From Massalongia carnosa (taxonomy: Eukaryota): a stretch of 64,000 nt of DNA. Each line of letters opens with the position of its first letter. Position 1 is the stretch's first letter. Below are positions 1 through 11,228 of the stretch, piece after piece. The DNA lies in contig OZ287082.1 of assembly GCA_965645245.1 (NCBI GenBank), forward strand, positions 1,364,001-1,428,000, read 5' to 3'. Under the pieces are notes generated by a model. The model was not told where the DNA came from. It saw nothing but the letters and a program-made list of their open reading frames with translations, and made no database searches. The translations under genes were made by a program, and so were the position numbers.

Positions 1-5
1 GGCCT

Positions 6-815
6 TTAGAATAGAGAATGAAGTCTCGTCTCTATTGGATTAAAATCGGGTGAATACGGAGGCAAATGAACCAGCAAAACATTTGCATCCTGACACATGA
101 TCCTCAATTCCTCACTCCAATGTATAGAGGCATTATCCATAATCAAAACCAAACGAGGACCATTACCTCCAGCGCAGTATGGTAAAACCTTGAGCCTGAC
201 GAATTCATTCAAAATATCTGATGTTATAGAGCCATGATGCACCTCCCAAGCTATGAAACCGTCGATGATGAACGCTAGTAATATACTCCATCTCTTAGAA
301 CGTTTGAGCGCTTGAATCATGGTCGGTTTGATTCCTGGTGCGGCCCATCCATATCGACGATCACCTAAAGTAATAACAATTAGCAAAGAAACTGAAGTTC
401 TTCAAATAGTACTGACCAGTACGCTCGCATGCAGCGCTTTCGTCCAGAAAAATCAACTGATCAGCCCTTCATCCTCTCAGTCTAATCATCCACTCATCAC
501 GCAAAGATGGTTGCGTTGTTGTGCTATACGAATGGTCATCTTTCGATTCCAGGCCATCTGCTTCAGAGTTCGAGAAACCGTAGACTCGCTCGCCAAGACG
601 TCGAATTCATCATACAAAAATCCGCACATCTCGTCCAAATAAGAGATAGGTCTCTGATCCAGATACACGAGTAGTTGATCGATTTGTTGTTGATTCAGTT
701 TCTTGCGCCGGCCAGCAGTAAGCTGAGGTTTTGCAACCTCATTGAACCGTTCTCAATTACGTCTCATCTTACGTAGTTGTCTGATGCTGACACCAGCAGC
801 AGTTATGATCGTGAT
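6..815 (-). mobile_element. IS630/Tc1-like DDE transposase remnant (frameshifted)
   Basis: ORFs 6-386 (MDNASIH...LPPYSPDFNPIE) and 486-668 (HTH-like YLDEMCGFLYDEF..SESTVSRTLK). Same type as 56922-57964. Confidence 0.8.
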
Positions 816-829
816 ATCCTCATGATATT

Positions 830-1976
830 CTCATGATGTCGCTAAGCGTGAGGGGCTGGCCATGCGACCTTAACCCAATATCAATCTTATTTCCCATACC
901 GGACATAGAAAGAAATTCCTCGGGGTGTGTGAAAACGTGGAGGTTGATGTTGGCGGAGTAGCGTCGCTTAACCACATATTTGTCATTGATGCTGCGGACC
1001 ATCAACTAGTGCTAAGACAACCTTATCTTCACCAGATGCGTGTAGGCTTGGACTACCGTAACAACGAGGTAGAATGCACCATATATGCTGAAGATGGGAA
1101 ACGAACTTCTAAGTTCACAGCGACTTCCGATCCTGGTAGCAAACTCCATACAGCAGAGGACCTGTTTCCGGAGGACCGAGACGAGAATTTGAACTAGCTA
1201 GCCATCATGTGCAGAACAGGTCCATGGCTGGTAGCAGTAATAAAAATCTGGAGAGAGCGAAAGTGTCGAGTTTAGGGTTGGACTATCGGAGAATAAATTT
1301 TCCATTCCATTTAACAGGCCCGGCCTGTTAAATCAAATAGCCCTAACTCCTGCAGCGACTAGTGCGGAAGAGACAGCGATGGACCACTATATGCGCGCCT
1401 TCACACCGTCGCGTTCAACTGGCTCGGTCGGACTTTCGGCTCTGAGGTTTTCTCGAAAATTCGACGTGTACACGATCTATCAGAACAGGATGTTCAGGCG
1501 ACGGAGTAGTGTGTGCCGAAACTGAATTCACTAAGGGCCTGTCCAATTTCCGTTAACTCCGCAGACGAAGTGCCAGACGAAAAGGTGCATAACTACACAG
1601 TAAGTCCGAGAGAATCGCTGCATTTCTAACATCACTACAAAAGCCGGTGGGACTAAACCGCAAAGAGTTTAGGGCGTTTAAGAGCGAGGCCTTGCGCTAT
1701 CGAGTACAAGATGGCCATCTTTATAGACGAAACAGCAAGAACGTACCTTCAAGGCGAGTGATAGACTCCGATGAGCGGAAGTTGGAAATATTGAAACTGC
1801 TACATGACGAAAGTGGACATAGAGGCAGAGAGGGCACATAGAGACGCATAGCAGACAGGTACTGGTGGGAACAATTGCACGATGATGTAAAAGGCTATGT
1901 TCGGTCCTGCGAGGAATGTCAGAAACGTGACCCCACTAGGCTCGAGGAAGCACTTCATCCGACATGGGTTACCTTC
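830..1976 (+). mobile_element. Ty3/Gypsy retrotransposon pol remnants (protease part and integrase zinc-binding domain)
   Basis: Retropepsin-like FLGVCENVEVDVGG..HIFVI..LVL (~860-1197). Integrase H-H-C-C zinc motif LHDESGHRG...RYWW...VRSCEECQKR (~1780-1930) with an internal stop. RT is missing. Confidence 0.7.
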
Positions 1977-2189
1977 TATTGAGCTTGCTTTATTGATCTA
2001 AGCTCTTGGTGATTGGAGAATGATTTACGTTTTAGATAGATACTTGGAATTGACGTGATGATTGGCATTGAAAGGATTTTCCCCCCATTCTCTCCGTTAC
2101 TAAGTTTCTTGGAATGTTGGGATTCGGTTGATAGATTACCGTATCCGAGCTACATATCGCTTACTGCTTGACCACTAAATTGGCTGACA
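1977..2189 (-). repeat. 3' LTR of Copia element (TG...TA termini)
   Basis: On the minus strand it starts TGTCAGCC immediately after the PPT and ends GCTCAATA at the junction with the Gypsy integrase. Confidence 0.65.
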
Positions 2190-5100
2190 CATCCCCTTGA
2201 TGAAGATTTTCTCCTTCAGTGGAATCTTCATCATTTCCTTTCTTGTATCCTAGGCCTAATAGCCTGATGAATTGATTTTGACGTTGGGGGGATCATGACT
2301 TTGTTAGTCCATCAGCTAGAATGTTATTTGTTGAAACCCATTCTATACCGAATTTTCCCCTAGATATTTCCTGGCGGAGCCAATGCTTGTAAATATCCAC
2401 ATGCCTAAGCTTGGTAATAAGGCGGTTAGTGGTTAGGGCTCGAATGGTTTGACGGTTATCGCATTGAATTCTAGTTGGATGATCGAGGTGGAAATTTATT
2501 GATTAAAAAAAGCGAGTCCACCATATCAATTCTTCCCTGCGGCTGATATGGCTAGCAATTCGGCCTCGGTTGAGCTAGTTGTGACTGTGCGCTACTTAGA
2601 GGCCTTCCAATCGATCATTCCATTGAATAGTTTGAATTCATAGCCTTGAGAGCTATATCTAGTGCTTGAATCATCTGCGAAGGATGCATCGCTACTGGCT
2701 AAGAATATCTCTCGTGAATAAGTAGCCTGTGTGTTGAATAAAAATGCTAGATGCTTAGTATGGGCTAGATATTTAAGGGTAAGGTTGACGCAATCCATAT
2801 GATGTTTGGATGGGTTGGTAAGAAATTCCGATAATTTGGAAGCTGCTTGGGCCACATCGGGCCTAGTGATGACTGCGGCAAAATTCAATGATCCTACCCG
2901 CTGTTGATAGGAGTGAATTGCTTGAGCTGTTGCCATGGAATTATTTTTGATTAATTCTTCTAGTGGTAGTGGTGATTGTGTTGAACGCTTGGTGAGGTCC
3001 AAGTTGATGTTGAACTTGGCTATTAGCTTGTCAATGTATGAATCTTGGCATAGCCATAGCTGACGAATATTCCTATCCATGATGATGTGAATTCCTAGAA
3101 ACCATTCCAATTGACCTAAGTATCGCATTTCGTACTTCTGAAATAGTAGAGCTTGAAACTGATCCACTTGATTGGTGTAGTGGCGACCATATAATATGAC
3201 GATATCATCCACGAAGAAGAATAGCAAGATATGGGTATCTTGACTAATGAAAAGGCAGTCCACCCCCGGGACGGGTTCAAGATTCATCTCGATTAGGACT
3301 TTTGATAGATTTTGGTACCATAGGGCCGGTGATTGCTTGAGACCGTATAGTGCTCGCAATAGGAGTAGTAGAATATTGACTTTTTCTGATCCAGGCCACC
3401 CCGCGGGCAATTTACAATAGGTATGTTCATCAATAGAACTATTTGCAGATGCATTGACTGCGTCGTACTGGCGTGTTTCAAGGTCAAATGCGGCTAGTAT
3501 AGCCATTAGCGCTCTAAAAATCCGTGCGGCCAAGGTGGCTGCAAAGGTATCTTGCTCGGTACGTTGAAGATCACCCCTAGCACATAGTCTTGATTTGTAT
3601 TTGACTAAATAGCCCTTTTCATCGAGTTTGTACTTGAACACCCACATGGTTGGAATAGGTGTTTTTCCTGCTATTGTTGCTGCATTGATGTTGATCTAGG
3701 TCCAGGTGTTCTTTGCAACAGGCGCCTGAATTTGCATCTGCATGGTTAATTTGAAGCCCTCTTCATGCGGATGTTTTAGCATTTGACGATAGTTTTCAGG
3801 TTCAAAAGGTAGCTATCTCTATGAAAGCGAGTGCTTTGAGTCGGGGTATGGTCCTTTTTAGGCTCTTGATTGGAGATGTAGTAGGAACTTACCATGATAT
3901 TGGCCGAGAATGCAGCATGATATGAATTCAACTCGCCATTCTTGGCTTGTGTTAAGGCGGTTGAATAGGCTTCATAGCGTCTATTGCGATTGCGACTTCT
4001 TTCCATCCCCTCAGGTAAGATGTTATCCATATCGACACTTGAATTGATATTCCTTGATGCTTTTCTAGACTTGTTACTCTTTGCGGTGATTGATTCTGAT
4101 GAATTTGGATCACGAATTGATGAGTTTGGGGTTGGTGAGCTGATAATGGAGGGGCTTGGTGTTAATAGGTAAGTGTCGTCTGATGAAATTTCGGCAGCAT
4201 ATCCGTATTTAGAATTTTTGTCCAGAATTATTTCCTCCATATTTTCTTCCGTGCCTTGTATGTTTTCCCTCATGCCGATTCCCCTTTCCTCCTCTTCATC
4301 ATCCGATCCTATTTCAGTGATAAGGGTGATGGGATCCAGATCATGAAGCTCATAGGTAATTTCAAGCATAGGTTCGTTGACAGCTTGTAGTAGGTCAATA
4401 TCGTGTGCATCATAGTAGATGTTCTCATTAAACATCATATCCCTCGTATGAATTACTTTTCTTTGACTTGGTATCCATACTCGAAAGATATTTCTGGCTT
4501 CATACCCTACTAGATGACCGATATGTGCTCGTTCTTGAAGCTTTTGCTTCTTTGGTAGCTGCTTGTTTAGTGTGTATACTTTACATCCATAGTAGTGGAG
4601 ATGGCTGAGATCGGGCGGGTTTCCTATGACTAGCTCGTAAGGTTTTTTCCATTGGTGCTTCTTCATTGGTGTGCGATTAGCTATATATCCTGCGGTGCAC
4701 ACGATCTCCGGCCATAGGAAAATTGGTAGTCCCGCGTCAGTTCTCATTGCCCTTGCTTTCATGGCTAAAATTCCCCCTTTTCTCTCAGAGTGGCCGTTTT
4801 GCTCCGGTGTGTCGGTTGTTGATGATTCATAGGTGATGCCCTTTTCAACAAGCAAATCATTGAAATTATTGCCCAATGACCGTTCTCCATCTGACCGAAT
4901 AAACACTACCTTAGCCTTGAAGCGAGTCTCAATAAGATTGATTGCCTCCTTGCATATTTTCGATGCATCCCCTTTGCGTGGGTGGGTAAATACCATATTG
5001 AAATCGATCGCATGGCATGCAAAGTTTGAAACCCATTCATCTTTAATTCTTTAATCATCGTGGTGTTGAGCTGCATTAAATCATAAGTGATGCGATAAAA

Positions 5101-5878
5101 GGGCTCATTTGATGTTTCTGCATTTTCTGATGAATGAGAAACAACGCGATTTGCTTTGGATAATGCGCAAGGTTCGTACTCGCTGATTTTGGGGACTTTT
5201 CCTTCTGATTCTTCTGATATTTTGACTCCCCTAGTAGATGACTCGAGATGTTGAATAGATTCATCCGAGGCATGGGCTAGCATCTGATGCCATTCGTATG
5301 CTGTTGCAGTTTTATTGATAGCTATCTTTGATTTCTGTTGCACTGGGAAAGCTGATGCTTGATCTGATGATGTGTTATCCTCTAGCAAATAATGGCCGTT
5401 ATAACGCTTTACATAAGCAACCGTTTTTCCTTCCCGATGGAGGTGATTCTTCCAATTATCGAAGTAAAGGCCTTTCACATAGAGCAAGTCCTGAGAAACT
5501 AGGTTGGTCATGAAGTTGGATACATAGGCTACATTTAGAAGTGTGATGCTTTGAGGTCCGGTAGGAGTTGATACGGTGATTTTGACCGTACTATAGCTTT
5601 CTATTGCTAGGCGTTGGATGCCCGCAGTTAGATACTCTCTCATTGATTTCCTTTCCTGTGTGTAGCGCGATTTCATGGTGTAGTTGCACACATGGATATT
5701 AGACCCGTTATTCAATATCCATGAGCTCTTGATTGTGTAGCTATCTGCCGAGAATGATGACGATATTTTAGTAGATGTAAAAGCGCCTAACTCCTTCTCA
5801 GTAGTGTTGGTGTTGGTGTTGGTGGTTTTAGTGACTTTTGTTGGCTGACACCTAATAAAGGAGGCAAAGGCTGGACAC
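1977..5878 (-). mobile_element. Ty1/Copia LTR retrotransposon, degenerate and 5'-truncated
   Basis: Protease/GAG-pre-integrase (WHQMLAH, 4906-5715), integrase (RSDGE..TPEQNGHSER, 3776-4996), RT (ARGDLQ, LYGLKQSP, FFVDD, 2592-3647) and RNase H remnant. PPT AAGGGGATG at 2190-2198 abuts the 3' LTR. Confidence 0.9.
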
Positions 5879-8800
5879 CGTTTCTAAACACTTCGATATT
5901 GCCTTGTTCCGTCATTTTCGTTTGATCGTTACAAGGTCGCGGGAAGTCAAATCGACATTGGCCGGTGGCAGCAGCTCCATATTCAAAGCACGTTGCATTG
6001 TGAGACGACGAATGCAACTGACACTTGGAGGCAACGGCATTGCTATCATCCTCTAGTCTTTGGGCGAATTCCTGATCAGTCTCATTTAGAGAGGCTAATG
6101 GAGCGTCCAGCTTTGGGCCATCCGACCTTCGTGCAGGAACAATGGAACATTTAATTATACGGTCGATAAATTGTATCATGCGAGTTGTGTATGCAGGATC
6201 GGAACGCAATTGATTGCGTAGCTTGGATATGTGAAAAACACCGCGAAGCCATACGAGGCAATGCAAATGCAACATTCCTCGGCCGTTTGTCTCCACAGTA
6301 CCAAAATATGTTGATACAGGCCCCTAAAGACCTCTGCGGCCAATAAATGCTCAAAAATACCTCTGCAAGTACCGCAAAAAATTGAGCCACTGCTACTGGA
6401 TTCATTATTGCTGTTGTTCTTGCAAATTCTTCTGCAGAATTGTCTTTACTACTGTCCTCGTAACGCATGCCAGCAAGAACCAATACTAAAACACTGCGAA
6501 GATCAGATGGATTAATCGTAATCCACAAAACAGGCATTCCATCGCTCAGCATCAATGCTTTCATATAAATTGCTTGATCCGCGCATTTAGCGAAGGAGTG
6601 TGGTGTCTTGACGGCCACTACCTGAACCTGACGCTCCAATATAAGAAAGGTCGAATCGGTACATTTCCCGGTTGTTTTAATCTCTGCAGCCGCAGCTTCA
6701 AGCTGTGAGAACGTGATAGCGTCCACTAAAGCATGTGTTTCCTTCCATTGTCTCGTCTTGGTAAGTAGAGAATATCTAATGATGCCTGACGTCGGTTGAT
6801 CACGTCGTACACAAGAAACATAAATGCAGGATGACGGGCAAATCTAAATGCATCAGCTAAATTCCACAGAAATGCAGATTAGCGTACCGTCTCGAATGAT
6901 GAGATAGGCCCATTTTGCCCAAGCCTGAAGCGACACTATTGTCTGTCTAGACTCATCCTTCTTGATGATATGACCACCGACGCCAAAGGGAAAAAGCGTT
7001 GGAAAGGCAGCTGTAAAGAAGTCTGAATTATCCCAGTCATTCAAGGGAATCGGATGACCTTTGCATTCGTAGGTAAGGATTGGTGAATCAGACGCACTAA
7101 TCGAATCCTCAGCGAGCTTATGATTCGTCATTGTTGCCACTAATTTCATTGTTAGATGCTCTCAAGTATCGTCAGCATCTGTGTATAAACATCCACTTAA
7201 TATACCTGAATCATCCAATCTAGCGTCTTCGACGGCATGATGCAGGTCGTTTTCGTAATTGTCATTTTCAAGGTTCGTAGTGTATCCTTCTCTTTCCGCA
7301 AAATCTGATCCACACTGTAAAACACGATCAGCAATACCCGCTGGAACGAATTCGTCTTCCCAGTTTTCTAATAAGTCGTAGTTGATGACAATGTTTTTGT
7401 ATAGTTGTCTTTAAGCCAGAGTAAAGCTTGTAGGACTTACAGTTGACGGCATAAAGTTGAAACTACTACGGAGGTGAGTGCTTATAGCAGCCTGCAGGGC
7501 TGAGCTAGAACTAATGGGGCTAAGCGAGTATTCCAACAGGACTTTGTCTCTTCTGATGCGAGCAAAAGGATAAATATCTTCAACGGTATGAGGCCTTTTG
7601 CTAGCCCACACTATTCGGATCATATCATGCAGCACTAAGGAGCTCGACGGTAAGATATCGAGCAACGGTCCAGGATTTTGGGGGAGTACTACAGCATGAC
7701 CGCGTATTCGTTGATAAGAGATGAAACGGCTGGCTCCACTAGTTCTTAACTTCATTATAGAAATCACCGGATGAGCTCGAGCAATGACAGCTTCTTCTAC
7801 CGATGTCAAGTCTTTAAGAATCATGGGATAACTTTGACAAGTAGACATGCTGACAGCATTAACGGATCCGAATTTTGGGATTTTCGATTGCAAAATCATT
7901 CCATAACAGGCTTTGCAGAAGTAAAACGTGTCATCCTTTAATCCACACCAATCAAGGTCAGCTTCCACGAGTGTCTTTGACGACACGGCCCTTCTAAATA
8001 CAGGATCTGTTTTATGTAGCATTTTAATGAAAGTATGATGTATGAACTGTCCACAAGAAGCGCAGACATTCGTAGTGTCGGCTACGATAGTCTCTACATG
8101 AGTCTAGAAACGCCTGATAGCTTCGCGAGTAGAAATATCGGTTAGAACAGGCGGAAAGGACGAAGCGGCGGCTTTCCTTCTAATAAAATCATTAATCAAC
8201 ACATCTCTGGCATTGAAGTTAACAATAGATCGTGCAGGGACATTGCGGGATGCTGGTTGAAGAACGGGTCGATGTGTAGAATAAGGGCGGCGATCTTTCA
8301 GCCCAATGTTGCTTGGTGCGGGTGAAACAGCAGATTGAAATATAGAAGCAAGGCGGTCTTCTGGTTCAACACTGGGAGGCACCAGCTGAAGAACAGATTG
8401 AAATGAGAAAGAATGACGATCTTCCGGCCCAACGTTGCAGGGAGCGAGTTGAAGAACAGATCGAGATGTAGAACAAGGGCGGGCTTCTGGCCCAACGCTG
8501 AAAGGCATCGACTGAAGAACAGATTGAGTTGAAGAAGAAGGAAGCTTCTTCGACCCTCTTTCATTTAATTCGGACGGTCCTGGTAGTATTGGGCGAAAAG
8601 AGGTCGGTGCACGTGAGGGTCGTCCTCTTTTTTGAATATGTGTAGAAGAAGCATTAAGCAAATGCTTTGGCATAGAAGGATTGAAAGAACTGGCCATTTT
8701 ATAAAAGCTGTAGGCGAGAGAATTAACCTCGAAAAAACAGCTCTTGCCACTTTAAAAACATAAAGACGGAGAAGAAATTGCAAAGGCACTCCAACCTTTT
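5879..8800 (-). mobile_element. Helitron RepHel gene, N-terminal half, degenerate
   Basis: HUH Rep motif ETNGRGMLHLHCLVWL, WITINPSD...NPVAVAQFF, AFPTLFPFGVGG, CxxC pairs (CASCG, CKACY) and LTSVEEAVIARAHP. Several frameshifts; helicase absent. Confidence 0.85.
8230..8535 (-). repeat. ~60-bp coding tandem repeat (about 5 copies) in the Helitron N-terminal ORF
   Basis: ORF 8104-8697 repeats the ~20-aa unit SVLQxxPxxV(G/E)PExR. Confidence 0.7.
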
Positions 8801-9054
8801 AAACAAGAACATGAAATTTCTTCCATCGGCAGAATCGGACACGTGAAGGTCAATGAACCATCGATGAACGTTCCATCTACGGATGCCCTAGATGGACCGT
8901 TGAGGTTAGACTAAAGGCTTATCGCATCCATTCATAAATAGTCCATCGTCATATGTCTACCACATGATAGATTTCCTTGAGACCATGACCACCGTGACAC
9001 GAAGATTGTTCGGAACGACAAAATCCGAATGTCCGTAGTAATGACCAATTAGAG

Positions 9055-9136
9055 CACAGAACCGGAGGATCGAGAGCCAATCGTTTCGCAAAACCCGACC
9101 AATGAAAACACAGAACCGGAGGATCGAGAGCCAATC
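9055..9136. repeat. 28-bp direct repeat x2 (CACAGAACCGGAGGATCGAGAGCCAATC), 54-bp period
   Basis: Exact copies at ~9055 and ~9109, upstream of the Helitron ORF. Confidence 0.75.
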
Positions 9137-9706
9137 ATTTCAAAACGCTGAGCGTCAATCATTTGCGGAGGCCGAGCCCACCCCGTTTCTTCCTTCCATA
9201 ACCCTTTCACTTACGTTTCAGGACACTTACGTTTCAGGGCAATGCTAATTTTGCTCAACAGAAGTCTTCTTCACTTCATTCCCGACTCGCAAAGAGCGAG
9301 GATCAAGCATGTTGACTAAAGACCGCAAATGCCAAGTCAGCGCTATTAGTGCGAGATAGGCGCATGGTTCGGGCTACTTGCTGGCTGAAGGGTTTTGCGG
9401 ATACAGTCTGAAACGTGGCCAGTAAGGAGGAAACCAGCGGGGACTGGGTGTGATATATCTGTACTGTGTACATGTGTCTCGAGACTTCGTTAATCAGACT
9501 TGTGCACAGAGGCCAAGGTTGAAACTCGTTGTTTAGTTATGTTTCAGGGATTACTTATCTTCTCAAGTGAAAAGTCCCATTATCGTAGTTCTTCTTTCTC
9601 TCCGCTTGATTCATTTATCCTTTCTGTGCTGTTGTCGGTTTATTATGCTTTGTATCGTTTGTGATCGGTTGCTGACTTGTTCTGCTTTCGTCTTTTCCTC
9701 TGAAGC

Positions 9707-9996
9707 TGTTGAAATAGTTATATTACTATGGGCTATATGGCTATGATAAAATGGTATGTATGACCGTGATGTTAAAAATGAAGAGTACTGTTCAGCAGTC
9801 TTTGTCCCATAACTGGTCACCCTCTGCTAAGCGAGGTGATAAGATTATCCGAGCCGATCTTATCTAATCTCTAGGCTAAGCCTAATACGGCATCTACGGT
9901 TTCTGTAGGTGCTCTGTCCATCTTGGGCAGTCGTAGGTGCTATGTTCAATGAACTGGTAGGTGTTCACTGTACTGGTAGGAGTTGAATATTCAACA
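9707..9996. mobile_element. Solo LTR, copy 1
   Basis: TGTTGAA...TTCAACA termini with a 5-bp TSD GAAGC (9702-9706 / 9997-10001). Homologous to 10111-10373. Confidence 0.9.
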
Positions 9997-10110
9997 GAAG
10001 CATTGCCTAAAATGCAAATGTAACATCTCTCTCTCTTACTGAAGACAATATATTAATAACGATCAAGTTCGCATTACTCTCCGCTACTTCATGATTCTAC
10101 ATAGCTATGA

Positions 10111-10373
10111 TGTTGAAATAGGTATATTACTATGGCTATATGGCTATGTAATAATAAAGGTATGTATGACCGTGATGTTAAGGATGAAGAGTTGCTATGC
10201 AGCAATCTTTTCCTATTACTGGTCACCCTTCTAAGCGAGGTGATCTTATCTTATCTTGGGACTAAGCCTAATGCGGCATCTACGGTTTCCGTAGATCATC
10301 TGTCAATCTAGGGCAGCCGTAGGTGTTGAATTGATAGGTGTTCATTGTGCTGGTAGGAATTGGATATTCAACA
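10111..10373. mobile_element. Solo LTR, copy 2 (same family)
   Basis: TGTTGAA...TTCAACA termini with a 5-bp TSD TATGA (10106-10110 / 10374-10378). Confidence 0.9.
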
Positions 10374-10783
10374 TATGATTTTCATCTAAATATCTCCCGA
10401 CTAATTCTACTCTCAATGCTTTAAATCCAAGATTGATTTCTCGAACTCTCACGATTTTGGCCAGAGATATTATATTCGATTTCTGAACTACGTTAGATAA
10501 AAGCATTAAAACAAGCCTTTTTCTATTACTCCAAATCCTTTTGAAAAGTTCAACGCGGAAAAAATAATAACCTTCAAGGAGAAATGGCCAGAAATCAAGC
10601 AAGCCGAACGATAGGAAAGCATCGCTAATCTGCTACGCTAGGATTTCTCAATTACAAGCTCCTGCGTTCTCAGAATGTCTCGCGCTGCGCCTACTTCTCT
10701 CGAGAAGAAAATAGGAGACTGATTTGAAAGCAGCTGTATATGAAACATCGCCGTTGTAATAATGATTGATAAAGGACTTGATA

Positions 10784-11228
10784 TCAAGAAGATTTCATGG
10801 CTGCCTCCAGCAACTGTAAGACCCTATCGTGAGATTTCCTCAATACCTGCAGCGAGCTGTCTTCCACGTTCATGTTCTCTCCTTCATCCTCTTCCACGTT
10901 CATGTTCTCTACTTCATCCAACAACCACTGCATCGTCTTCTCGTAACCTTCCCTCGATGCCTGCAGCGAGCTGTCGTTGACGTTCACCCCGTTATTCAAC
11001 AAAAACTGCACTGCTTTCTCGTGATATCTCGATGATGTAGTCAGTAATACGATATCGTCAATTTCCCAATTGTATCTCAATCTGCACTGTATTATCCTTT
11101 TGTGACCTTCCGACAATGTCATCACCAGCAACTTGTGGTTAACACCATTTTTCAACAACAACTGCATCACCTTCTCTTGACCTTACATGCATGCCTTCTG
11201 CAGCGCGCTATCGTTAACTACCGCTCCG
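10784..11228 (-). pseudogene. Degenerate ankyrin repeats downstream of the NLR stop codon
   Basis: Shortened units (VNDSSLQASREGYEKTMQWLL; EKAVQFLLNNGVNVND) with a frameshift and stops. Confidence 0.7.

Noticed and set aside
7406..7538. 133-bp TG...CA insert in the Helitron ORF as a solo LTR
   Set aside because: The flanks (ATAGT / GGACT) do not form a TSD and host sequence appears deleted. It is probably an insertion remnant but cannot be classified.
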